DNA from: Eukaryota sp. GEM-RC1
Taxonomy: Eukaryota
NCBI GenBank assembly: GCA_040285855.1
Contig: JAUFOQ010000005.1
Span: 2,170,001-2,234,000, forward strand
Length of the DNA stretch: 64,000 bases
Reading direction: 5' to 3'
The notes beneath the pieces are model-generated. The model saw only the letters and a program-made list of their open reading frames with translations, was not told the DNA's origin and did not search any database. Below are positions 25,340 to 35,495 of the stretch, piece by piece (within the stretch, counting starts at the first letter, position 1; each line of letters begins with the position of its first letter). The position numbers and the translations under genes were made by a program.

Positions 25340-25880
25340 ATATCAATATAGTGCTGTCAGAGATGTAACATTTGAATTGTTTAAAGCTCATGGATTTCAT
25401 ACCTTAGTTGAACCCTTATTGAGTAAGTTTGGTCTTGACTTAATTAACAATTCTCGTCAAGATGGTCCTTTTATTGATTCTAGTTAAATTATCCTTGATG
25501 ATACAGAATCATTCCATGTGCTCAAACTTATGATACCATCTTAAATTCAAACGGATTTAAACACCTAGAAACTACAGAAAAACGTAAAGTTGATTTATAA
25601 TCCAAAAATGTTACTCAGCTCAGTCAAAAGTTGTGTTTGATTCATTTGCTTTTCCATTTTTGCTAGTACTGGAAATGGCTTCTCAGTTTTTAACTGATTT
25701 TAGATCTAAATGTAAGTCTCAGAATAAGAGATTTAATTTATCATTTTGACATAACCGTATGATCTTTTTGTTCCATGCGATCCCGAAGTTTTTTACATCA
25801 ATTATGACAAAGTTGTTTAAAGCTGTGCTACTGTTGATCAGGAATATTCTGTCTTACTGTTTCATAGCTCTTATTATGAT
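25340..25880 (+). pseudogene. Degenerate RLE-type non-LTR remnant
   Basis: Reads FELFKAHGFHTLVEPLL near 25372-25422 (compare MFKAHGFHSKVEPVL at 33.17 kb). The 3' part matches the 5.0-kb and 12.6-kb repeats. Confidence 0.55.
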
Positions 25881-27523
25881 ATCTATTTTTGTGCCCTTCA
25901 TCGATAAATTTTTGTGTTTTTAACGAAGAATTAGTAGATATCGAAATTTTTTGAGTATTTGTTTTCTCAACTTAATTGTTCATTTCCAAAACCTTTTCCA
26001 TCAATAATTCATATGTTAAAAATTTCAACTTAAAATAATAAAAGCTTTTTACTACGGAATTTTATTGAACATAGACAAATACTAAATCAATCCTATACTG
26101 GAACTCAATATCATTTAAACAAAATTCCTTGTCTCTGAAACTCACAAAAGCTTCTCTTTAGTCGTTAAAAGCATTATTAGGAGCTATAAATAGAGAAACA
26201 AGTTCACCAAGATTTTTAAAAAACACTCCAATACAGGATTCTTTATGCGTTTTAATTTTCTTGAACATATTTAACGATAGAAATTGTTTGTGAGACGTAA
26301 GATTGTTGCTGTAACAAATGTAAATAGAAATACGACATTTTTCTTGAGTTGTTGGCAATAATTATTAGTAATATTGTCCCATACTGTTTGTATACGTTCC
26401 TTAGAGTAGTGAGAATACTTTTTTAAAAAATGTCTGAAATGATTAATGGTTTAAAAGATAGATTACAATAACGAGAAATCGAAGAACATGAACATACAAC
26501 AGTGAATGGACTTAGATAGCTCCTACAATGTACAGTAAATTATACAGTTTTCAATAATCAAATGACCACTCCAAAACTATTTAAATTTTATAAACAAATT
26601 GGGGAAAAATGTAAAAAGAGGATGAACAATCGGTTTTACCATTGGCTGATTCGTATAGTTGTCACTGTTTTTAGAACAGTGACACTAATCGGTTTCAAAA
26701 CTATACTAAGAGTGAGTTCGTTCAATGAGGTTATAAGTGTTGTAAGATTTGATAGTGATGGGTGTTACAATGAAATCTAATAGAAGTTGGTGTAATTGTT
26801 TCGCAATTAGGAATTCATTGTGTTTATGAAAATAGAGACGTCCTTGTTGTTCACCTAATTTCATAATAAATTGTTAAACACACCCTTACTTCATGAAACG
26901 GCGTCTGTTTGAACCACGATGGTACTATGCACATTCACGTAGTATGTTCTTGTCCAAATTTTAAAAAAAACCTTTTGGTTAATCATATAAATCAAGATTA
27001 TCATCAATATTATTGAATGAAATACAAATACATCTGCATCATCTCAAATGAACGTTTCAATGCACAGAGACAGTTCATGGTCGAAAACATTCGAAAAAAT
27101 ACCTTGATGCTCTGAAGAGGGAAATTGACAACCTCCCTTTCCAATAACTTTCATTAGAGATCTTTTCATTCTGCTTACATAAAAAAACCGCTTACATAAT
27201 GTACCGAAAGATGTGAGAAATTTTTGTCCAAAAAAAGCCAAACGTTCCGTAAAGAGAAATAGCAAAAGGATAGAAAAACAAACAGAGTGCGTCAACGAAA
27301 ATTCATCTTGGTAATTAATTCACCACATCGATCTAATTTTTTCCTTTCAGCAGTTTCACGAGCTAAAAATTTCATTATCAAATTTTGTTAACAAAAGCTG
27401 AGTTACAAGGATCAACGGTTGTAAAGTCCAGTATTATTTCCTGAGAGGAAAGCCAAGGACCAATCAAATTACTTCTACTCTTCTCTAATTGAGTCAGAAA
27501 ATCCAAATTTTAATGTCTCACCA

Positions 27524-29762
27524 ATGACAATGCTCAAGCATCTTTTTCTGCTGTATATTACCTTTCTATGCTTTGTTTCAGCCAACGTTGCTGATATTGA
27601 ATCCGAAACACCGTCGATCCCTCTTGTAACGGTTACATCGGATCCCACCGATATCGTATCTCAACTCCTTCTTAATAAACGAAGTGAAGTTCTCACGGAC
27701 AAGCTCATTGTCGTCCACGGGGAATCTTATCCATGTCATTCTTCTTTCCTCTCCTCCTTCAGTTCAGTTCTGAGAGAGAAACTCTTGGAAGCCGATTCTG
27801 AAGTAAACTTCCCTGAACGAGACTCTATCATTCCCAATGCCGCTCTTCTCTTCCAAATCCTCGATTACTGCTATGGAGAACCCTTGTATCTTACAATCGA
27901 GAACATGGGCAACGTGCTTACCCTATGTTCCTCTCTACAACTTCCCTCTTTAGCAGATCCCATCCATAAGCTTGTATCTGAAGGGTTCGCTAAGTCATGT
28001 AACCTTCAGTTGAAACCCGCAGAAGTTGTCCAACAACTTTACTCAAGTGTTAAACGTGACGTGGTGATAACATACAAAGAAAATTCTGTTAATATAAGCT
28101 CTCTGACGTTGATTTCAGTTTCAGAATATTTTAAAAATCTGTTACCTTTGAATTTCTCTCATTCTGAAGAAACGATTTTTGCATATGATCAAGAATTTCC
28201 CGATGTTTCAGCTCCAAATTTTGAAATCTTTGTAAATTATTTCCACGGGAAGTCATTTTTTCTTGATGTTGATAACGTTATTGATTTTTATCAATTGTCA
28301 GTTTTTTTCAAGTAGAAAAAGTTAAACAAGCTTGTATTTCATTTGTTTCTACACTTTCTTCTGCTGAAGATATCCTCTTTTGCTGAAAACTATTTCGGAA
28401 CGAAACATTTTAAATTTTTAGAAGAAAATTTTGAAACTTTTGTCCGACTTAACAACAGTTCCAACCATGATTCTGTTTTTCCTTTACCTCTTCCTTTCAT
28501 TTCACTTTTGATTGAAGAAGTTCAAACTTCATGGTTGTTGAAATGTTTAACTTTGTCTGTCAATTCCGATGTTCTCAAAAACGATTACTCCACTTTAACT
28601 CAAATATTTGAAAAAATGATTGTCACAGATCAAAATATTCATGATGTTTACATTTGTCTACAACCTTTATTTAATCAACAATACCTACATAAATTTCTGT
28701 TAAATTGGACAATGAAAAAGCCTTTCCAGGAATTACTGATATTACTACAATTCCTGATGAATGGTTTTTAGGGGGTTGTCTCAATGGTGTTTCTATAAGT
28801 GGACAAAGAAAGTTCTAAAAATCGACTTTTTTGTTCAAAATTTCTCATTTGTCATTGATGAAAATGATTTGATTGCTATTGAAAATTATCCCTTTCTTAC
28901 TCCTGAAATTCTGAAAAATTTAAAATCCATTCTACCTCCGTCCTATGACCTATTTCTAGTTAAATGTTTGGTTAAATCATGGAAGAACACAAAACTGTGG
29001 ACTGTTGAAGATTTTGAGGACGTGTTTTTGAATTATGATTTTCAGTCTGGGGGAGATGGGGTTCAAATTTTAAATATTCTTTCCAAACTTTTGACTGACT
29101 CACGACTTGCTGATCGTCTTACTCTCAATTTGTTAAACCATGCATTGGGGGCTCTAAATTACCACCACAAAGAACTAAAAGAAATTTACCACCAAAATGT
29201 TGCTCTAATTGATGAATTATCGACGCTCCGACATTCCTTCTTACCGTGGGTTACCAAACTTGAACAGAAGGAGAAGGAACTGCTAAGAGATTCTATTGGC
29301 ACATTCAATCCAAGTAATTGTAGTCCAGGATTTTCTTTATCTGATTATAATCATGTTGTAAGGAAGGTTTCCCCTTCGGGAAGAGAAGGTACGTTTGTAG
29401 AAGTTATTCATTCCGATAATTGTACTCTAAAATTTACAAAATTGGATGATATTTATTATGGTAGTTTTATGGTTAATGAATTTATTGGCTGGAAAGAACG
29501 TGATATACTCCAAGATTCTAGCACACCTAATCCCGCTATTTGTCCCAAGGGTGTTAACTTTGCTGGTTCTTTCTCCCCTTCAGAACCAAGATTTCCTCCA
29601 ATTACTACTGGAGAATCAATTACGGTCACGTTTGCTGATGGTTATGTACACTTCAAACCTTCTACGTGTACAACTACTTTTAGTATCGAAAACCCTAAAA
29701 ATTTGGTCTTCGGTGTGTATCTTTATTGGCATAACAAGGATTGGAAAGTGGAACGTATTTGA
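27524..29762 (+). CDS. Signal-peptide-like N-terminus + tandem BTB/POZ-like domains + C-terminal beta-rich domain, paralog A (frameshifts at homopolymers)
   Basis: Hydrophobic N-terminus. YPCHSSFLSSFSSVL...ILDYCYG and LISVSEYFKNL...FVNYFHG are two BTB-like units. ORFs 27524-28315, 28343-28771 and 28761-29762 join at T/A runs. Confidence 0.72.
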
Positions 29763-29965
29763 TTTTTCGTTTGTCTTATATGATTTATAAAGGCATCTGA
29801 TTGTAATTTAAATGAATAAAATTAGGAATTAGTTATCGTTTTAAAAATCCGTTAGAAATCGTCATCTGAATCAGATCAAGTTGTATCACTATAATCATAA
29901 CGAAAAAAACGGGGTTTATGATCAATCACTGAAATAGATGCATTTGCAGAAAATAAACAATATCA

Positions 29966-31092
29966 TCATCTACTATCATATATGCCTTGATGTGAATACT
30001 TTACATCTACTTTGGTATTAACTTTCAATGCATCTACCAAAGCTTCGGCACCTTCATATCTAATAGAGTTATACTCCAGATCAACACTGGTAATTGCAGA
30101 ATTAACTTTCAACGCCTCTGCCAAAGCTTCGGCACCTTCATCTCCAATAGAGTTTAAACTCAAATCAACACTTGTAACTGAAGCATTAACTTTCAACGCA
30201 TCTGCCAAAGCTCTAGCACCTTCATTTCCGATAGAGTTGAATTTAAGATCAACACTGGTAACTGAAGCATTCACTTTCAACGCCTCTGCAAAAGCTCTAG
30301 CACCTTCAATTCCGATAGAGTTGAGGTTAAGATCAACACTGGTAACTGAAGCATTCACTTTCAACGCCTCTGCCAAAGCTCTGGCACCTTCATATCCAAT
30401 AGAGTTATCCCACAGATTAACACTTGTAATTGAAGTACTAACTTTCAACGCTTCAATCAATAACATAGAAACAGAGGTGCATTCGAACACTTCTACTTCT
30501 AGCTGCTTAAGACGTGGAAACAAAGAAGAAGAATTGTTTAGAAACTCTAAATCAGAGGGTTCCATTAGTTTGATTCTCAATCCTGTAATTACACCAGAAT
30601 AATTAAGACACTTCTCAATTTCTAAGCTTTCGTAAGTGTGCAGGAAAACAGATCCCAGATCTCCTCCAAAGAAAGAAGCAAGAAAAATGAGTTCGGGAAG
30701 GTGTTTAAGATCAGCATGAAAGGTGTGTAATTGAAAAACACTTTAACTGCTTGAAATGAAGAATCAAGGAAGTGACTACTTACATAACCAACTTGTCCAA
30801 AGAATGTAGGTAATGCTGTTTTCAAAGCAGTGAGTTCAAGATTAGTTCGATTATGATTATTTCTTCTTCTAAGATAGGGCCTCTCTGCGAGAGTACGCTC
30901 GAAAGCAAAGAGACGTCTCAGCAAATGAAGGTGGATAAGAATCAATAAAGTCTGCTGAACATGGACACGTTTAGAGGGGAGTATGTGTGGTTAAAGACAA
31001 TACAGACAGTTTATCACAGTTTGACATCGCAGAGGAGATACTGGAAGGGGATGAACGGCTCTTTTCAAAGATTCAGGACCAGGTGTGACCAT
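29966..31092 (-). pseudogene. 28-aa LRR family member 5 (5 repeats; frameshifts)
   Basis: MVTPGPESLKR start at 31092. Pieces lie in three ORFs (30991-31245, 30622-30945, 29966-30580). Confidence 0.75.
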
Positions 31093-31444
31093 TGATGCTG
31101 AAGAAATGGGGTTTTTCTGCATTCTCTCAAACTTACCACTGTCAACTTCTATTAAAACCATGAACCATTCGAACACTCTAGTAACTAAAGCAGCATTTTC
31201 AAGGTCTCCTTCAACTTTTTTTTGCCTTTGTTGGGTAGAATTCATTCAATCAATTACTGCTCTCCAAGCAAAGAAAATAATTAATCGACGTAATTGGGTA
31301 TAAAACATGGAACGCAAATGTTGTCCCGTGGTGTACCGTGCCGTACTTTACTTTTGAACGACTAAAATATATTATTACTATTCCCTTACTGAAATATTTA
31401 ACAATAAACTTAATTCTATTAGAACAAATTTTCTCTCTAACTGG

Positions 31445-32503
31445 TGTTAGTGAAGATAGCGATACCTAGTAGATATCTTCACATCTGATGACGTGTCACT
31501 TAGTCTTAAGGATTTCTTTATACAATAAACTCTTCTTTCTTATCAACGTTGACCTTACGGCAACAATAATTATTGTTGCCTATGACTTTCTCATCTACTA
31601 ACCCTAGAAAGTTCCGTGATCTTGCTTTTTTTGTCCCGCCAAAGCTTGCAACCTTCACAAGGAACGAGATTCAAACCTTCCTCGAGGAAGTTGATGTGTA
31701 TACGTCTATTACAGACAAGAAGCATCAGGTAACCCTCCGGCTTATGCTGGATCCGGTTTTGCTCAGGTCGCTCCATCTCTCCGAGCCTGACCTTGAAGCT
31801 TCTGATGAGGCTCTCCTTGAGTATCTCAAACGGCAGGTACAATTCTCAACTTACGAGCAGTTCAACCAGACGATTTCTGGTTTGCGTATGGATGTACGCA
31901 TTTGTGAACCTCGTGAGCGGATGAACGAGTATCTGCGCAGGTTTGTGAGAATTCGGGATCGAGCTGAATCTCTCAGCTTACCAGATAAGGTTCTGGTCAA
32001 GCGTTTTGCCAGAGGGATTTGTCCCAAAGGTCTGTCCAGTTCGTTGATTTCGCGTATTAACGATGAACTCATAACTTCTCTCCCTGAAGTTATTTCCGTT
32101 GCTTCTGATGAACTTCTTGATCTTTCACGAGTTTCGTCGTGGTTAAAGAAAGACAGTTCTGTGCTTGACTCTCTTCCAGCCGTGGAATTTCGTAACCAAC
32201 AGCGTTCTAATGACAGAAAACGCAACAGTTGCTTTAAATGCCATAGGTCTGGCCACAAAGCCAATGAATGCTCTTATGCAGCCAAAGTGGAGTCCATCAA
32301 CTCCATCATCGTAGATGAACCTAAACATACTTTTGACAACACTTGTTATACAAACCCTATAAAAAAAGCTGAGAAGGGGTAGTGTTAGTGAAGATAGCGA
32401 TACCTAGTAGATATCTTCACATCTGATGACGTGTCACTTAGTCTTAAGGATTTCTTTATACAATAAACTCTTCTTTCTTATCAACGTTGACCTTACAGCA
32501 ACA
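31445..32503 (+). mobile_element. Complete Gag-only miniature LTR retrotransposon, copy 2 (1059 bp)
   Basis: 121-bp LTRs at 31445-31565 and 32383-32503 (TGTTAG...GCAACA, one mismatch seen). 4-bp TSD CTGG at 31441-31444 and 32504-32507. PPT GAGAAGGGGTAG. AATAAA in the LTR. Confidence 0.93.
31582..32382 (+). CDS. gag: Retrotransposon Gag with CCHC zinc knuckle (266 aa)
   Basis: Contains CFKCHRSGHKANEC. The ORF fills the internal region and its TAG abuts the 3' LTR. Confidence 0.85.
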   Translation: MTFSSTNPRKFRDLAFFVPPKLATFTRNEIQTFLEEVDVYTSITDKKHQVTLRLMLDPVLLRSLHLSEPDLEASDEALLEYLKRQVQFSTYEQFNQTISGLRMDVRICEPRERMNEYLRRFVRIRDRAESLSLPDKVLVKRFARGICPKGLSSSLISRINDELITSLPEVISVASDELLDLSRVSSWLKKDSSVLDSLPAVEFRNQQRSNDRKRNSCFKCHRSGHKANECSYAAKVESINSIIVDEPKHTFDNTCYTNPIKKAEKG

Positions 32504-32507
32504 CTGG

Positions 32508-33735
32508 ACTGAAACTAATGAGTCTAAGATTCCATTTCATGCTTTTTATTCCTCTGACTTCGCATGAGTAGGTTTCACTCATGCAAGAATCATTAGAAAA
32601 TCTGCTCTTTTAGGAGGTGTTGAGATTTTTATGTTTGAATTTTTGAAACGGTTTCCCTTGGATGGAATCAGTCTGTTGAATTGCACTAATTGCCGTTGGA
32701 TTCAATCTGCTAAAGATTTGGTATCATCTTTGTCTCCTGAAATGTGGGAATCTTTGTTCCCTGCTCATTTGAAGGAGACTCCTTTAAAAATGTTTCATCT
32801 CTACTGTCTGCTGTATGTAAACTGTAAATTAACCGGACAAGGGAGTTTGAACTCTTGGACTTTAATAATCATATTAGCTTGGCTAAAACTTATAGTCCCG
32901 AGTTCACTGCTTTTTTTATTTGACCTTTGTAAAAGTGGACCTTCTGGATTTATTTCTCAAATTCCTATGGTGTTTGGATTACATCTATCTGATGAAGCTT
33001 GGATGATCAATATGCGTCTTCGTTTGGCTATTTGGCCTGTACATTTATCAAACTATTCAACTTGCTCTGGTGGAGCTAATGGAGTTTTCCGTCATTTAAT
33101 TAATTGTCGTTATTTTATTCATCTAAGTGCAGTAATTCATGATGGTGTACGTGATTCTTGTTATTCCATGTTTAAAGCACACGGTTTTCACTCTAAAGTT
33201 GAACCAGTTTTGAATCATCTTTCAGATAATGAGTTTACTGATCAAAAAGAGGTGATCTCCATACTCCGTGGCTTAAATCGAGTCAATCATTAATGGATTT
33301 TACGACAGTACCATAGATGTTTGTAACAAATCTTGTGTTAGTAGGATATTAAATTCTTCTTTTAATCCGTTAACAGCTGCAGGAAAGCTCAAACACTCCA
33401 AGTATGACTCTCAAGTAGAAGAATTAAATAGAAACTCATATTCCAAATTTGTGTTTCAACCTTTTGCTGTTTCTCTTTTTGGATCTATCAGTCCTGCTGG
33501 TGATCAATTTTTCAAGGATTTCGAAGAATTGTGTGAAGAAAAAAAGCGTAAGTTTAGAATGGCTCAATGGAAAAACGGTATAGTGTTTTCCATATATCGG
33601 AATATGCCTTTCTATTTCTCTCGAATAATTGAGAAATTGTACAAGTTTGGTGTGAAGGTCAATGTTGATAAACGTAATCTTTTACCGGGTGGTGATGAAG
33701 TCGTTTGGATTTATTCTTAATATTATTTGTTGAGA
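32508..33735 (+). pseudogene. Degenerate RLE-type non-LTR retrotransposon 3' half (host of the LTR insertion)
   Basis: ORFs 32631-33293 and 33451-33720 carry HLINC, IHDGVRD, VEP and FQPFAVSLFGSISP. Confidence 0.7.
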
Positions 33736-34261
33736 TCACCACATGCAATTTCTTAAGATGAACAACGAATTCTTGTTAGCAAATGATAGATTTTATTTTA
33801 CAATAATTTACATTTGTCCTGAACCGTCCGTTTATGGATTATAATGGGGAATCTATGTTTGAAAATATTCAAAATCAAAATCAGGAATGTATTAGATAAC
33901 ACGGTTGTGTTACTGTTTTCACTTTTGCCTGGTCTTGCGCTATACCGTACCGTTTTTAAAAAGGCAAAGTTAAAGTTATTACAGAAAGAGTACAATTGGA
34001 GTTAATACTGTGACAACGTATATTTTCAAGACTCTCTACGAAGATTCTGGCTTGATTCAGTGAGTGTGTTCCACAAAAACGAGAAGTACCTGATCATTTG
34101 GTAAAATCGTTCAATGTTTTTCCACTTCCGATCACAGTTCATTTGATGAATACCATTTTTTCGATGTTTAACGTTTTTAGATTTGATTGACAAATGTGAT
34201 TTATTTGAGTAGCTATCTTGAAAAAACCCAACTTAAATTTTACAGTAAGTATTCAATCAAA

Positions 34262-34966
34262 TCAAACACGTTCTACTTTCCATTCATGATTTTCCCAAGG
34301 AATCAACATTCCAAAAATTAAATTAGTAGGTATTTCGACACTAAAAGTAGTTGTACAAGTAGACGGTTTAAAGTGTGCCTTACCATAAGCAAAACTTACC
34401 ACAATTGATTCTCCTTTAGTAATTGGAGGAAACTTTGGCTTTGGAGGTGTGAAAGATCCTCTACTACCATCATCTCTAGTAAAAAAGTCCAGGGAAAGCC
34501 ATAACATTGTTTGAAAGACCACTGCTATCTTTCCAACCAATTGAATCAGTATGACCGTCATCAACGTCATCCAATCTAGTAAATTTAACTGAATGATTGT
34601 CGGGAAGATTAACTTCTACAAAACTGTTGTGGCCATTATTATAACGTTCTGTTTTAACAACATGATTGTTTTCAAACAACGTTAAACACGAGCAACAATT
34701 ATCAGGATTAAACGTACCAATACTATCTTCAAACTGTAGACGTTCTTCCTCTCTTTCTTGCAGTCTTTTAAGCCAAGGTAGAATAGATTCTTTTAATAAC
34801 TTGACTTCGTTAGTTGAAATGACGTTTTGTTGCTTCATTGCTTTTAATTCTTTGTGGTGATAATTAACAGCACCCAAAGAATGGTTTAATAAATTGACAG
34901 TAAGTCGATTGGTAAGTCGTGAGTCAGTCAAAAGTTTTGAAAGAATGATTAAAATTTCAACACCAT
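34262..34966 (-). pseudogene. Orphan C-terminal fragment of BTB paralog B
   Basis: Near-identical reverse complement of ~42836-43541. Its 3' flank also matches, to ~43730. Confidence 0.85.
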
Positions 34967-34977
34967 CTTGGAGGAAG

Positions 34978-35308
34978 ATTTACAAAATTGGATGATATTT
35001 ATTATGGTAGTTTTACGGTTAATGAATATGTTGGCTGGAAAGAACGTGATATACTCCAAGATTCTAGCACACCTAATCCCGCTATTTGTCCCAAGGGTGT
35101 TAACTTTGCTGGTTCTTTCTCCGCTTCAGAACAAAGATTCCCTCCAATTACTACAGGAGAATCAATTACGGTCACGTTTGCCGATGGTTATGTACACTTC
35201 AAATCTTCTACGTGTACTACTACATTTAGTATCGAAACCCCTAAAAATTTGGTTTTAGGAGTGTATCTTTATTGGCATAATAAGGAATGGAAAGTGGAAC
35301 GTATTTGA
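34978..35308 (+). pseudogene. Orphan C-terminal fragment of BTB paralog A
   Basis: Near-identical to ~29432-29762. The 3' flank match continues to ~35432. Confidence 0.85.
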
Positions 35309-35495
35309 TGTGTCGTTTGTCATATATGATTTATAAAGACATTTGATTGTAATTAAATGAATAAAATTAGGAATTACTTATCGTTTTAAAATTCTGTTAG
35401 AAATCGTCGTCTGACTCAGATCAAGTTGTATCTTGATGGTAGTTCCAATTTCAGTCGTTACTATAATATAATAGAACATCCCCTGGAGTAGCAGA

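Noticed and set aside
26659..26683. Short hairpin GTCACTGTT-N5-AACAGTGAC (Helitron end?)
   Set aside because: No downstream CTRR terminus and no second copy.
16981..30602. Long antisense ORFs over LRR repeats (16981-17517, 20617-21234, 22476-22988, 30012-30602)
   Set aside because: These are mirror frames of the repetitive sense codons and have no independent coding signal.
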